Below, piece by piece: positions 9,083-18,129 of a DNA stretch of 64,000 nt. Source of the DNA: Thermodesulfobacteriota bacterium (GTDB taxonomy: Bacteria; Desulfobacterota_D; UBA1144; Nemesobacterales; JAJCZQ01); NCBI GenBank assembly GCA_965215275.1, contig OZ244044.1, positions 320,001-384,000 on the forward strand, in the 5' to 3' direction. The notes under the pieces were generated by a model. The model had not been told where the DNA came from and searched no databases. It was given only the letters and a program-made list of their open reading frames with translations. Every line of letters begins with the position of its first letter. The first letter of the stretch is position 1. Position numbers and translations under genes: made by a program.

Positions 9083-9175
9083 GTTATTATCCTGTGTCCG
9101 GAATAAATCAGATTGAAAATGTTATTGAAGGATTAGATGTCAGGATGTTCTAACGTTGTTTTAAACTTGCCAGAA

Positions 9176-9267
9176 ATGAAAAACAGTTCACAAAGAATAT
9201 ATATCTATACTTTTAAGCAATAGGTTTTATAGAATTGCCTAAAAGAAGTAAGGGTCATCATAGCTGA
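9176..9267 (+). pseudogene. Frameshifted HicA-like toxin remnant
   Basis: KEYISIL/AIGFIELPKRSKGHHS* aligns with ENYKTILKAIGLYEKKISSGHS of 36445-36795. Confidence 0.5.
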
Positions 9268-9284
9268 TATTATAGGAGGTTTAT

Positions 9285-9662
9285 ATGTCAGATGTTAATG
9301 AATATATAAATGATTTACCACAAGCGGATATAAGTATAGCAGACAGGAATAGAAGTACTGTACCTGAAAAGCTCAATATAAGTGAATTATTTAAAGATTG
9401 GAAAGGTTTTAAGGATATTAAACATCACGGATTGTATAAGAATTTTAATATGTATACTTACAGAGATACTGATGATGGTCTTCTATCTGTGTGTCCTGAG
9501 TTAAACATATTTATGAACGAAATAGAAGATGAATATAATGATAGTGAAAATATTATAATAGACGAGTTAAAGAATCTTATAGATGTAAATATTAGGCTTA
9601 GTAAAAAAATAGGTTCTAAAAAGAATCTTAGCTGGATGTTAGGTAGATATGTCTATTTTTAA
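9285..9662 (+). CDS. HicB-like protein, paralog of 36818-37207
   Basis: GGAGG RBS; LSVCPELNI...ELKNLIDVNI resembles the HicB N-terminal fold and the paralog. Confidence 0.5.
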   Translation: MSDVNEYINDLPQADISIADRNRSTVPEKLNISELFKDWKGFKDIKHHGLYKNFNMYTYRDTDDGLLSVCPELNIFMNEIEDEYNDSENIIIDELKNLIDVNIRLSKKIGSKKNLSWMLGRYVYF

Positions 9663-9707
9663 GTTTGGGAATTATATAGGAAAGTTGACAAAATCCCATA
9701 ACTCCCT

Positions 9708-9893
9708 TTAATCATTAACTTCTTTTATAAGAGGATTTCCTTCAGGATCTACTACTAATTTAAACCTTTTATTCAGTTCTTCTTTAGTTGGTCTTTCAGG
9801 TCGTTTATGCGGGATCAATCCCATTTTTAATAACATCTTTGATGCTTTATCTATTGCTTGTTCTTTTTCTTTTTTTGCTTTTAATTTTGTCAT
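9708..9893 (-). CDS. Small basic hypothetical protein (passenger of the IS1595 remnant)
   Basis: 61-aa ORF between the transposase remnant and the inverted repeat. Confidence 0.5.
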   Translation of the reverse strand: MTKLKAKKEKEQAIDKASKMLLKMGLIPHKRPERPTKEELNKRFKLVVDPEGNPLIKEVND

Positions 9894-9910
9894 TATAAAA
9901 CGAATAATTA

Positions 9911-10090
9911 CTATATATAATTAAGACTTTTCCATACTATATTATCATTACTTAATTCTTCAAAGGTAATAGTTTTTCTTACCATACTGCTAAAAAGAGC
10001 ATCCGATCGGGCTTGTGTATCTGTTTTAACAACCATCATTTAACTTGAACGAAAACTGAAAACTCATCTATATACTTCTCAAATTGATAT
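9911..10090 (-). pseudogene. IS1595-family transposase C-terminal remnant
   Basis: After removing a 7-bp duplication (AGTTTTC) and one frameshift it reads KYIDEFSFKLNDG-VKTDTQARSDALFSSMVRKTITFEEL, resembling the IS1595 YxxEFxFRxN...MxGKxxTYxxL tail. Confidence 0.7.
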
Positions 10091-10131
10091 TTTGTCAACT
10101 TTTATAAGTTTAAACATCATCTCTTTTTCTT

Positions 10132-10791
10132 TCACAGCAGGCGCTTTTTTATCTTGGAAGATATAAGCTCGTCAAGGAAGTCCTTCCTCCCGCCGCAGGA
10201 ACTGAACCCACTGCCTGGAAAATCCAGGGCCCACCGGTATATACGTTCAATGTCCTTACGCTTTCCTTTGGCAACAGGAGGTTCAAGCAGTACCTTGTCA
10301 AACCCCTGAACCACTTCGTTTGCCAGATGTGTATAGTACCGGTCGGTGGACATGGACACATCTTCACCCGGCCGCCTTAATTTATGATACAGGGCCATGG
10401 CATGAATGCTTAAGATACGGGTCCTGGGATAATACGAGCACATAAGGTTCCAGTCATCCGTTCTCTGATCACCTCCTGACCTGAAATCAGAACGAATAAT
10501 GACCGCCGGGATATCCAGGAACTTGGCGAACATATACTCGACCACGGTCCCGGAATCCAGTTCCGTACCATCAAAACTGAACAAGCCCAGATCACAGTTC
10601 ATCACGTGGTACAGGTCCTGGTTCCTTATGTCCACCGCCCGTTCAGTAGCCTGTTCCAGGTCCTGCGGAAGTACGCAGGTATATTTACCTTCGGACCCTT
10701 TCTCTATGTAGGAAGCAAGAAGGGCGTTTCCCGTCAGATGTTTATGATCGAACAGTTCCCCTGCTATGTAAATAGATAAAGGTTCATTCAT
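10132..10791 (-). CDS. Nucleoside 2-deoxyribosyltransferase family protein
   Basis: IYIAGELF, DSGTVVEY, RSDFR, WNLM motifs. Confidence 0.8.
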   Translation of the reverse strand: MNEPLSIYIAGELFDHKHLTGNALLASYIEKGSEGKYTCVLPQDLEQATERAVDIRNQDLYHVMNCDLGLFSFDGTELDSGTVVEYMFAKFLDIPAVIIRSDFRSGGDQRTDDWNLMCSYYPRTRILSIHAMALYHKLRRPGEDVSMSTDRYYTHLANEVVQGFDKVLLEPPVAKGKRKDIERIYRWALDFPGSGFSSCGGRKDFLDELISSKIKKRLL

Positions 10792-10855
10792 GGGACACCT
10801 CCGAGTAAGTCATGTACGTAAGTTTAACAAGCTGACGCCCACGGTAAAACCCCTT

Positions 10856-12295
10856 TTAAAACGAACCTGCCGCTTTAATGAGCAGGTCAACTGAATACAT
10901 AGGGAACAGACCAAATAGCAAAGCCGCCAGTGAAAGTATCCCTATAGAGACCATTGAAACGGTCCCGGCCGGTTCAAAAGCGTGTTTTTCATCGTGCATA
11001 AAGGCATAGACCAGCACCTTCAGATAATAGTAAGCGGAGACAACGCTGTTTATCACCCCGATAAGGACCAGTGAATAAAGCTGTACCTCAGCTGCAGAAA
11101 GAAATACCCTGTATTTTGCGAAAAAGCCAATAGTTGGAGGAAGTCCGGCAAGTGAGAACATCAGGATCGCCAGACAGATCGCTACGTAGGGGTTTCTCTT
11201 CCACAAACCCGATACGGAGTCGTAATCATTTGCCTGTCCGTCCTTCCTGTTCAGACAGCAGATGATCGCAAAGGCGCCCATGTTCATTATCGAATAGGCG
11301 TAAACATAGTACAGCACGTCGCTTATTGCATCTGTCTCACCGTTTATCCTGGCCACTATACCAACGGTAAGGTAGCCCGCGTGTGCTATGCTTGAATAGG
11401 CAAGCATTCTCTTTATGCTCTTCTGAACGATAGCGGAGACGTTACCGATCGTCATCGTCAGGACCGATACCCCTATCAATATGGAGCTTATGTCCACTGC
11501 GTGGATATCCACCCCTTCGAACAGGAACCTCAGTAAGATCGCAAAAGCCGCGGCCTTTACAGCCACCGACATAAAGGCCGTCACGGGAGTTGGAGCACCT
11601 TCATAGGTATCCGGGATCCACTGATGGAACGGGGCAGCTCCTATCTTAAAAAGAAAACCTATAAGTACAAGTACGGTACCCGCCAGAAAAAGAGGGTCTT
11701 CAGGATCGAACCCGGCAATGATACTTTCAAAGAAAACCGACCCGGACGCGCCGTAGAGAAGTGATATACCGTAAAGGAGCACGGCAGAGGAAAAACCACC
11801 CAGTATAAGGTATTTAATACCTGACTCCATAGAACCGGCGGACCTTCTGTCAAAGCCGCTGAGAACATACGCTGAGATCGACATCACCTCGAACCCTATG
11901 AACAGCGATATGAACTCCTTTGCAGAACTTATGAACATCATCCCCGCAGTACACAGCAGTATAAGAGAGATATACTCATCCACGTTCTCGCTCCCTTTTA
12001 AGTAATCCCTTGAGATAAGTAACGTGAAAAAGGCACCCGCCAGGAAAACGGAGTTGAAATAGGCAGAGAAGACGTCAAGCGAAAGAGCACCGTAAAAGGC
12101 GACCTGAGGGTTGTCGATCCGCTCCAGATTGGTAAAAAACGAAAGACAGACGGCCACAACAGCAACGAAAAAACCGTAATCCTTACCTTTTCCCGAGGCA
12201 GAAACGGCAATGATAATAACTATCAGAGAAGCAACAACAAGGATAAGTTCGGGGATTATAAATATTGTGCTGGACAGTAAACTGCTTAGTTCCAT
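10856..12295 (-). CDS. nuoN: NADH-quinone oxidoreductase subunit N
   Basis: ESGIKYLILG, FKIGAAPFHQWIPDTYEGAP, KRMLAYSSIAHAGY, SLAGLPP. Confidence 0.93.
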   Translation of the reverse strand: MELSSLLSSTIFIIPELILVVASLIVIIIAVSASGKGKDYGFFVAVVAVCLSFFTNLERIDNPQVAFYGALSLDVFSAYFNSVFLAGAFFTLLISRDYLKGSENVDEYISLILLCTAGMMFISSAKEFISLFIGFEVMSISAYVLSGFDRRSAGSMESGIKYLILGGFSSAVLLYGISLLYGASGSVFFESIIAGFDPEDPLFLAGTVLVLIGFLFKIGAAPFHQWIPDTYEGAPTPVTAFMSVAVKAAAFAILLRFLFEGVDIHAVDISSILIGVSVLTMTIGNVSAIVQKSIKRMLAYSSIAHAGYLTVGIVARINGETDAISDVLYYVYAYSIMNMGAFAIICCLNRKDGQANDYDSVSGLWKRNPYVAICLAILMFSLAGLPPTIGFFAKYRVFLSAAEVQLYSLVLIGVINSVVSAYYYLKVLVYAFMHDEKHAFEPAGTVSMVSIGILSLAALLFGLFPMYSVDLLIKAAGSF

Positions 12296-12385
12296 TCGCG
12301 GTCGCCATGAAAATAAGATTCGGGGTTATTATGTTCAAACGGTGATCATTGTCAAGAAATATGCTTTACGGGGTCTTTTACCTGG

Positions 12386-12847
12386 TCAGTCTGTCAGCTT
12401 GAAGTCAGCACGTTCGAACCGGGTAAGGTCTTCACTTAAATACCAGAGCCTCGCGTCGTTGTACTTCCCGCCGTTCACTGAAAAGATGATATATCCCCAG
12501 AAAGGCGAGGCGATCTTCCTGTCGGTCTCGGAAGGCCGTGACGGACTGTCCGGGTGTGAATGATAAATACCGATTATATCAAGGCCGTTCTCCCTTGCCC
12601 ACTCGTCCGCTTCCATGAACGACCTCGGGTCCAGTTCGAACCGGTCCCTCATGCGCTGGCTGTCAAGGTCGTTCTCGGTCTTGAACTCCGTCCTTACGGC
12701 GTCCTGGGAGATCAGATTATCACACTCCCTGTGATACTTTATAAGTCCCTTTTTCCCTATTATGACCCCGCAGACCTCATAGGGATAGCCTGACTCGGCG
12801 TGGCTTATCATACCTTCATAGGCAGACCTTTTTATCTTCACCACCAT
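12386..12847 (-). CDS. M67/JAB-domain metallopeptidase (Mec-like)
   Basis: YPYEVCG and YHSHP...PSETD JAMM motif. Confidence 0.9.
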   Translation of the reverse strand: MVVKIKRSAYEGMISHAESGYPYEVCGVIIGKKGLIKYHRECDNLISQDAVRTEFKTENDLDSQRMRDRFELDPRSFMEADEWARENGLDIIGIYHSHPDSPSRPSETDRKIASPFWGYIIFSVNGGKYNDARLWYLSEDLTRFERADFKLTD

Positions 12848-13758
12848 ATTCCTTCGCTCAGGTACTTAAAACCGCTGTCGGGCAGGACCGTAACTATTAC
12901 ACCCTCGTCCAGGCTTCGGGCCAGCTTTAACACGGCACAGATGGCTGCACCTCCCGAATGACCGATGAAAAAACCTTTCAGGTCCATGACCGTCTTCATC
13001 ATATCATAGGACTCTTCCGTACCTATCCCAACTATCTCATCTGGAAAGGATCCGTTGTATATCCCGGGAACTATGGAGGTCGGCATATGTTTCAGGCCCT
13101 CAAGTCCGTGAAGCGGTTCTGCGGGCTGCATCGCAATCACCCGGATGTCGCCGCTGAACTCCTTCAGTCCGGCCCCCGTCCCCATTAAAGTGCCGCTGGT
13201 GCCAAGACCTGCAAGAAAATGCGTTACCCTGCCTCCGGTCTGCTCCCATATCTCCCGTGCGGTAGTTCTGTAATGTGCTCTGGGATTGGCGGGATTGTTG
13301 TACTGGTCGGGCATAAAGTACTTTGCAGGATGCTCCTTCTTTAACTTCTTTGCAAGATTTATAGCTCCATCGGACCCTTCAAAGGGGTCTGAGTTTACTA
13401 TCTTCGCCCCGTACGCCCTGAGCACCTCTCTCCTTTCAAAGTTAATGTTCTCCGGCACAACCAGTTCAACCTTGTAACCGAGCACGGTACCGATCATCGC
13501 ATAGGCAACGGCGGTATTGCCGGAAGATGAATCCATTATGATCTTGTCTTTTGTCAACTCGCCCGTCTTGATCCCGTCCATAATCATTTCAAGTGCAGGC
13601 CTGTCCTTTACCGAACCGCCGGGGTTGAACCACTCGGCCTTTGCGTATACCTCCACCCCGGACCCGATACCGGCATCAGAGCAGAGCTCATTCAGGGACA
13701 CAAGGGGGGTGTTCCCTATCAGGTCAAGTAAACTGTCGATATTTCTGCTGTTTTTCAC
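12838..13758 (-). CDS. PLP-dependent cysteine synthase family protein (CysM-like)
   Basis: IGNTPL, NPGGSVKDR, SSGNT, GTSGT. Confidence 0.9.
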   Translation of the reverse strand: MKNSRNIDSLLDLIGNTPLVSLNELCSDAGIGSGVEVYAKAEWFNPGGSVKDRPALEMIMDGIKTGELTKDKIIMDSSSGNTAVAYAMIGTVLGYKVELVVPENINFERREVLRAYGAKIVNSDPFEGSDGAINLAKKLKKEHPAKYFMPDQYNNPANPRAHYRTTAREIWEQTGGRVTHFLAGLGTSGTLMGTGAGLKEFSGDIRVIAMQPAEPLHGLEGLKHMPTSIVPGIYNGSFPDEIVGIGTEESYDMMKTVMDLKGFFIGHSGGAAICAVLKLARSLDEGVIVTVLPDSGFKYLSEGIWW

Positions 13759-13785
13759 GGTTCTGAACGGAGGGAACGGCCAGGG

Positions 13786-14031
13786 TTAACAGCGCTCGAT
13801 CAGGATCTTGTAAACACGGTCGTCGTCTTTGCTTATGTCCAGTACTTTGTGACCATCCTGCTCAGCGCTTTTAGGTACGTTGGCTAACGGCTCACCTTCC
13901 CTCAGCACGACCTCAAGTACCTGACCTTTTTCCATTTTATCAAGCTGGATCTTTGTCTTGACAAAGGTCATGGGACAGATCTCTCTGGTAATGTCAATTG
14001 ATTTATCGTGTTTGAATTCAGTCATGATCAA
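13786..14031 (-). CDS. TusA/SirA family sulfurtransferase
   Basis: IDITREICPMTFVKTK (CPx motif). Confidence 0.85.
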   Translation of the reverse strand: MIMTEFKHDKSIDITREICPMTFVKTKIQLDKMEKGQVLEVVLREGEPLANVPKSAEQDGHKVLDISKDDDRVYKILIERC

Positions 14032-14115
14032 GAATGCCGTCCTGTCTTTATGCTACCACAAACGGATATCAATAACAAACACGGAACTTACCTAAGTAAA
14101 ACGTTCCACGGGTCG

Positions 14116-15186
<1,071 letters not shown>

Positions 15187-15189
15187 CTA

Positions 15190-15400
15190 TACAACATTGA
15201 TCTGTAAAAGATGAATATCCCTCTATATCATTTATATTCATCACTTCATGAAATTTGGTCTATGTTTACCCATCCGTGGAGACTGTTCGCTGAAGTTCAA
15301 CATTGATCTAGCTATCAGAGCAGAGGAACTGGGATTTGACTCTGTGTGGATCAGCGACCATATGATCACACCAAGCAATAACAAGAATATCTTTAGTTCT
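15190..15400 (+). repeat. Left direct repeat of the island: copy of 25537-25747 (promoter and 5' end of the LLM gene); contains a truncated ORF at 15248-15412
   Basis: Near-identical to 25537-25747; translates MKFGLCLPIRGDCSLKFNIDLAIRAEELGFDSVWISDH...*. Confidence 0.9.
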
Positions 15401-15459
15401 TTACTTTATTAAACCCTAAAAACACAGGACCCTATACCTATAAAGGAAATGCCGAAGTC

Positions 15460-15860
15460 GATATTAATCAAATCAGTAAAGTCATTGCAGATTCCAGATG
15501 TGCAAACAGATTATGGCAAAAAGAAATTTACAAGAAGTGTGTTTAATGTATGCAGAACAGAATGCTTCACAAAATCCGGAGCAGAGACAACTGGCTAATT
15601 GTAATATTAAAGCCTGACCTTTTTGGTTACGGTAAAAGAGTTCAATTTTTTTCAGATGTTATAAACCTTTTGTAATTTTTACTGTACAATAAGTATCAGT
15701 AAAGAATAGAAGGAAATACAGTTTGCCAGAGAATAAATTATGGACAAATCAAATACTTTATCAGAACCAAAGGATACAGAAGTATATCTTGCCCGCGGAA
15801 ACGAGTCTTTGAACAAAGGTGATTTTATAGATGCCATTGAAGAATTTGACAAAGCAATAG
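15460..15860 (+). repeat. Duplicated upstream region and 5' end of the TPR genes (second copy ~17711-18050)
   Basis: GATATTAATCAAAT...TGTAATTTTTA(C/T)TGTACAATAA...GAGAATAAA-ATG shared; the proteins start MDKSNTLSEPKDTEVYL and MKKSNTFSESKDTEVYL. Confidence 0.8.
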
Positions 15861-16726
15861 AGACCGACCCGCGAAATGCAGATGCCTACTATGGCAGTGG
15901 ATGTGCTAAAACCTATCTTGGGGGAGAGCTATACAAGGAAGCCATTAAGGACTTTAATACAGCAATAACGATCAACCCGCAAGATGCAAACGCCTACTAT
16001 GAAAGAGGACGTGCCAAATTCGAGCTTAAGCTATACAGGGAAGCCGTTATGGACTTTAATAAAGCAATAGCGATCAACCTGCAACACGCAGATGCCTACT
16101 ATGAAAGAGGACGTACTAAAACCGAACTTAAGCTATACACAGCAGCCATTAAGGACTTTGACAAAACAATAGAGATCAACCCGCAAGATGCAGATGTCTA
16201 CTATGAAAGAGGATGTGCCAAAACCAAACTTGGACTACTCAAAGGAGCCATTAAGGACTTTGACAAAGCAATAGAGTTCGACCCACAAGATGCTTATTAC
16301 TATTATGGCAGAAGACGTGCCAAAACCTACCTTAAGCTATACACAGCAGCCATTAAGAATTGTGACAAAGCAATAGAGTTCGACCCGCAAGATGCAGATG
16401 TCTACTATGAAAGAGGATGTGCCAAAACCAAACTTGGACTACTCAAGGAAGCCATTAAGGACTTTGACAAAGCAATAGAGATCGACCTCAAGGAAGCCAT
16501 TAAGAACTTTGACAAAGCAATAAAGATCGACCCACAAGATGCAGATGTCTACTATGAAAGAGGATGTGCCAAAGTCGGACTTGAGCTATACAAAGAAACA
16601 TTTGAGGACTTTGACAAAGCAATAGAGGTCGACCCGAACAGACACCCGCGAACTACATATGGCAGAGGATTTGTTGAAGGCAGACTTTTGCAAATGAAAA
16701 GAAATGATTGGGGATTTTTATTTTGA
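15740..16726 (+). CDS. Tetratricopeptide repeat protein
   Basis: Tandem 34-aa repeats ADAYYERG.AK..L..Y.EAIKDFDKAIEIDPQD. Confidence 0.92.
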   Translation: MDKSNTLSEPKDTEVYLARGNESLNKGDFIDAIEEFDKAIETDPRNADAYYGSGCAKTYLGGELYKEAIKDFNTAITINPQDANAYYERGRAKFELKLYREAVMDFNKAIAINLQHADAYYERGRTKTELKLYTAAIKDFDKTIEINPQDADVYYERGCAKTKLGLLKGAIKDFDKAIEFDPQDAYYYYGRRRAKTYLKLYTAAIKNCDKAIEFDPQDADVYYERGCAKTKLGLLKEAIKDFDKAIEIDLKEAIKNFDKAIKIDPQDADVYYERGCAKVGLELYKETFEDFDKAIEVDPNRHPRTTYGRGFVEGRLLQMKRNDWGFLF

Positions 16727-16864
16727 ACATGTCGCGGGATTTTCCACACCTACGTATGAACAGGTAATTATGTAACTATGCCTGCATGAATGGAAAAATG
16801 CCAAAAAGACTTTTAACCCTTGAAATTTTTAGAAAACACCTGCACTTATCACGCATATATAAAA

Positions 16865-17169
16865 TCCCTGTTTTCCGTCGGCAACATATCTATCAGATGA
16901 ACAAGTATCTTCGTTCTCTCCAGATGTTTAAGAACCTTAACCCCAGACCAACACCTTTGTTTAACTTAGCAAAATCTATAGATAAAAGGGTCAACTCCTA
17001 ACTATAATTCAGGCAATATAAGAAAAACCGTGAGCACGGTCGCTTTGAATGTCAATCAAGAAAAGTAGGATATACTGGACATTAAAGACGACAACCTTCT
17101 GGTAACTGTCAATCCTGGGACAGACAAAACCCTTCTGCTTGCCCACAAACATCTTGCTCTGACAAGAGA
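16865..17169 (+). repeat. Chimeric duplicate: internal obgE fragment (14393-14489) fused to the upstream/5' region of the UvrD gene (26534-26753)
   Basis: Direct sequence match to both loci, joined at the shared ACACCTTTGT microhomology (16951-16960). Confidence 0.85.
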
Positions 17170-17183
17170 TAAAAATCTCTTTC

Positions 17184-17606
17184 TTAAAAAATAAAATTTA
17201 AAATAATACTTACAAAAATACTTATAATAGCAGTTATAATTATAAGGCTATTAGAATTAGTAGTACAAACAAATTGTTTCCATTTTGATTTCCATTTATG
17301 TTTAACCCCTACATACTCTTCTGGAACATATTTGTATGATTCTTTTTCACTATTACATTTTTCCCAAATTTTTCCATTACTTCTAAAAAATTTTTTACTA
17401 CCATCTTTTAATTTAAAATTCGCAAAATACAATCTATGAGGACTTGAAGGAAAATAGGTCAACTTAACTCTAATCCTATCTTTGATATTTTCTTCTACAA
17501 TATCGCCATCGCTTCTATTTTCAGAAATAGTATAAAAATCATCTATTCTTACCATATAAGTAACTTTTTTTACATCATTAAAACATTTCTTATCTAAAAA
17601 ACCCAT
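17184..17606 (-). CDS. AT-rich hypothetical protein with C-terminal TM helix
   Basis: 140-aa ORF, GGAGG RBS upstream, hydrophobic C-terminus. Confidence 0.55.
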   Translation of the reverse strand: MGFLDKKCFNDVKKVTYMVRIDDFYTISENRSDGDIVEENIKDRIRVKLTYFPSSPHRLYFANFKLKDGSKKFFRSNGKIWEKCNSEKESYKYVPEEYVGVKHKWKSKWKQFVCTTNSNSLIIITAIISIFVSIILNFIF

Positions 17607-17928
17607 TTGGTATATATCCTCCTTTTTTAATAAAAAGATGTACGCTATCTAGTGCAAATTCCGCAATATCCTCGTGTCCATTAATCCCATTGAACACAAG
17701 ACATAGTGTAGATATTAATCAAATTAGTAAAGCCATTTCAGATTTTGGATGTGCCAACAAATTGTAGCAAAAAGAGATTTATAAGAAGTTTGTTTAGTTT
17801 ATGCAGAAAAATGCTTCACAAACTCCGGTGCAGAAGCAGCTGGCTAATTGTAGTATCAAATCCTGCCCTTTTGTAATTTTTATTGTACAATAAAGCAGTA
17901 AAGAATACAGCTTGCCGGAGAATAAACT

Positions 17929-18129
17929 ATGAAAAAATCTAATACTTTCTCAGAATCAAAAGATACAGAAGTATATCTTGTCCCCGGAAATGAGTTTTTT
18001 AACAAAGCTGATACTTTAAAAGCAATTGAGAACTTTGACAAAGCAATAAAGATTAACACGCAACATGCAAAAACTTACTATAGCCGAAGATGTGACGAAA
18101 CTTTTCTAAAGAGGTACTTCCTGCAATGA
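17929..18129 (+). pseudogene. 5' half of a TPR gene split by the Type ISP insertion
   Basis: Paralog of 15740; the TPR frame breaks at 18117 and resumes at ~23204. Confidence 0.75.

Larger units (their letters stand above)
9667..10102 (-). mobile_element. Internally deleted IS1595-family element
   Basis: End GGGAATTATATAGGAAAGTTGACAA (9667-9691; 23/25 identical to the tnpB element end), partial opposite end TTGTCAACTTT (10092-10102), transposase remnant inside. Confidence 0.7.

Noticed and set aside
9005..10130. tRNA-anchored integrative element or prophage
   Set aside because: No integrase, phage genes or duplicated tRNA 3' end seen.
15900..16640. TPR DNA repeats as DGR template/variable repeats
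   Set aside because: Differences are not adenine-specific, all copies are coding, and there is no reverse transcriptase.
16763..16782. GGTAATTATGTAAC (and GGGAATTATAGTG at ~43314) as IS1595-type ends
   Set aside because: Only ~10 nt of similarity, with no convincing partner or target duplication.
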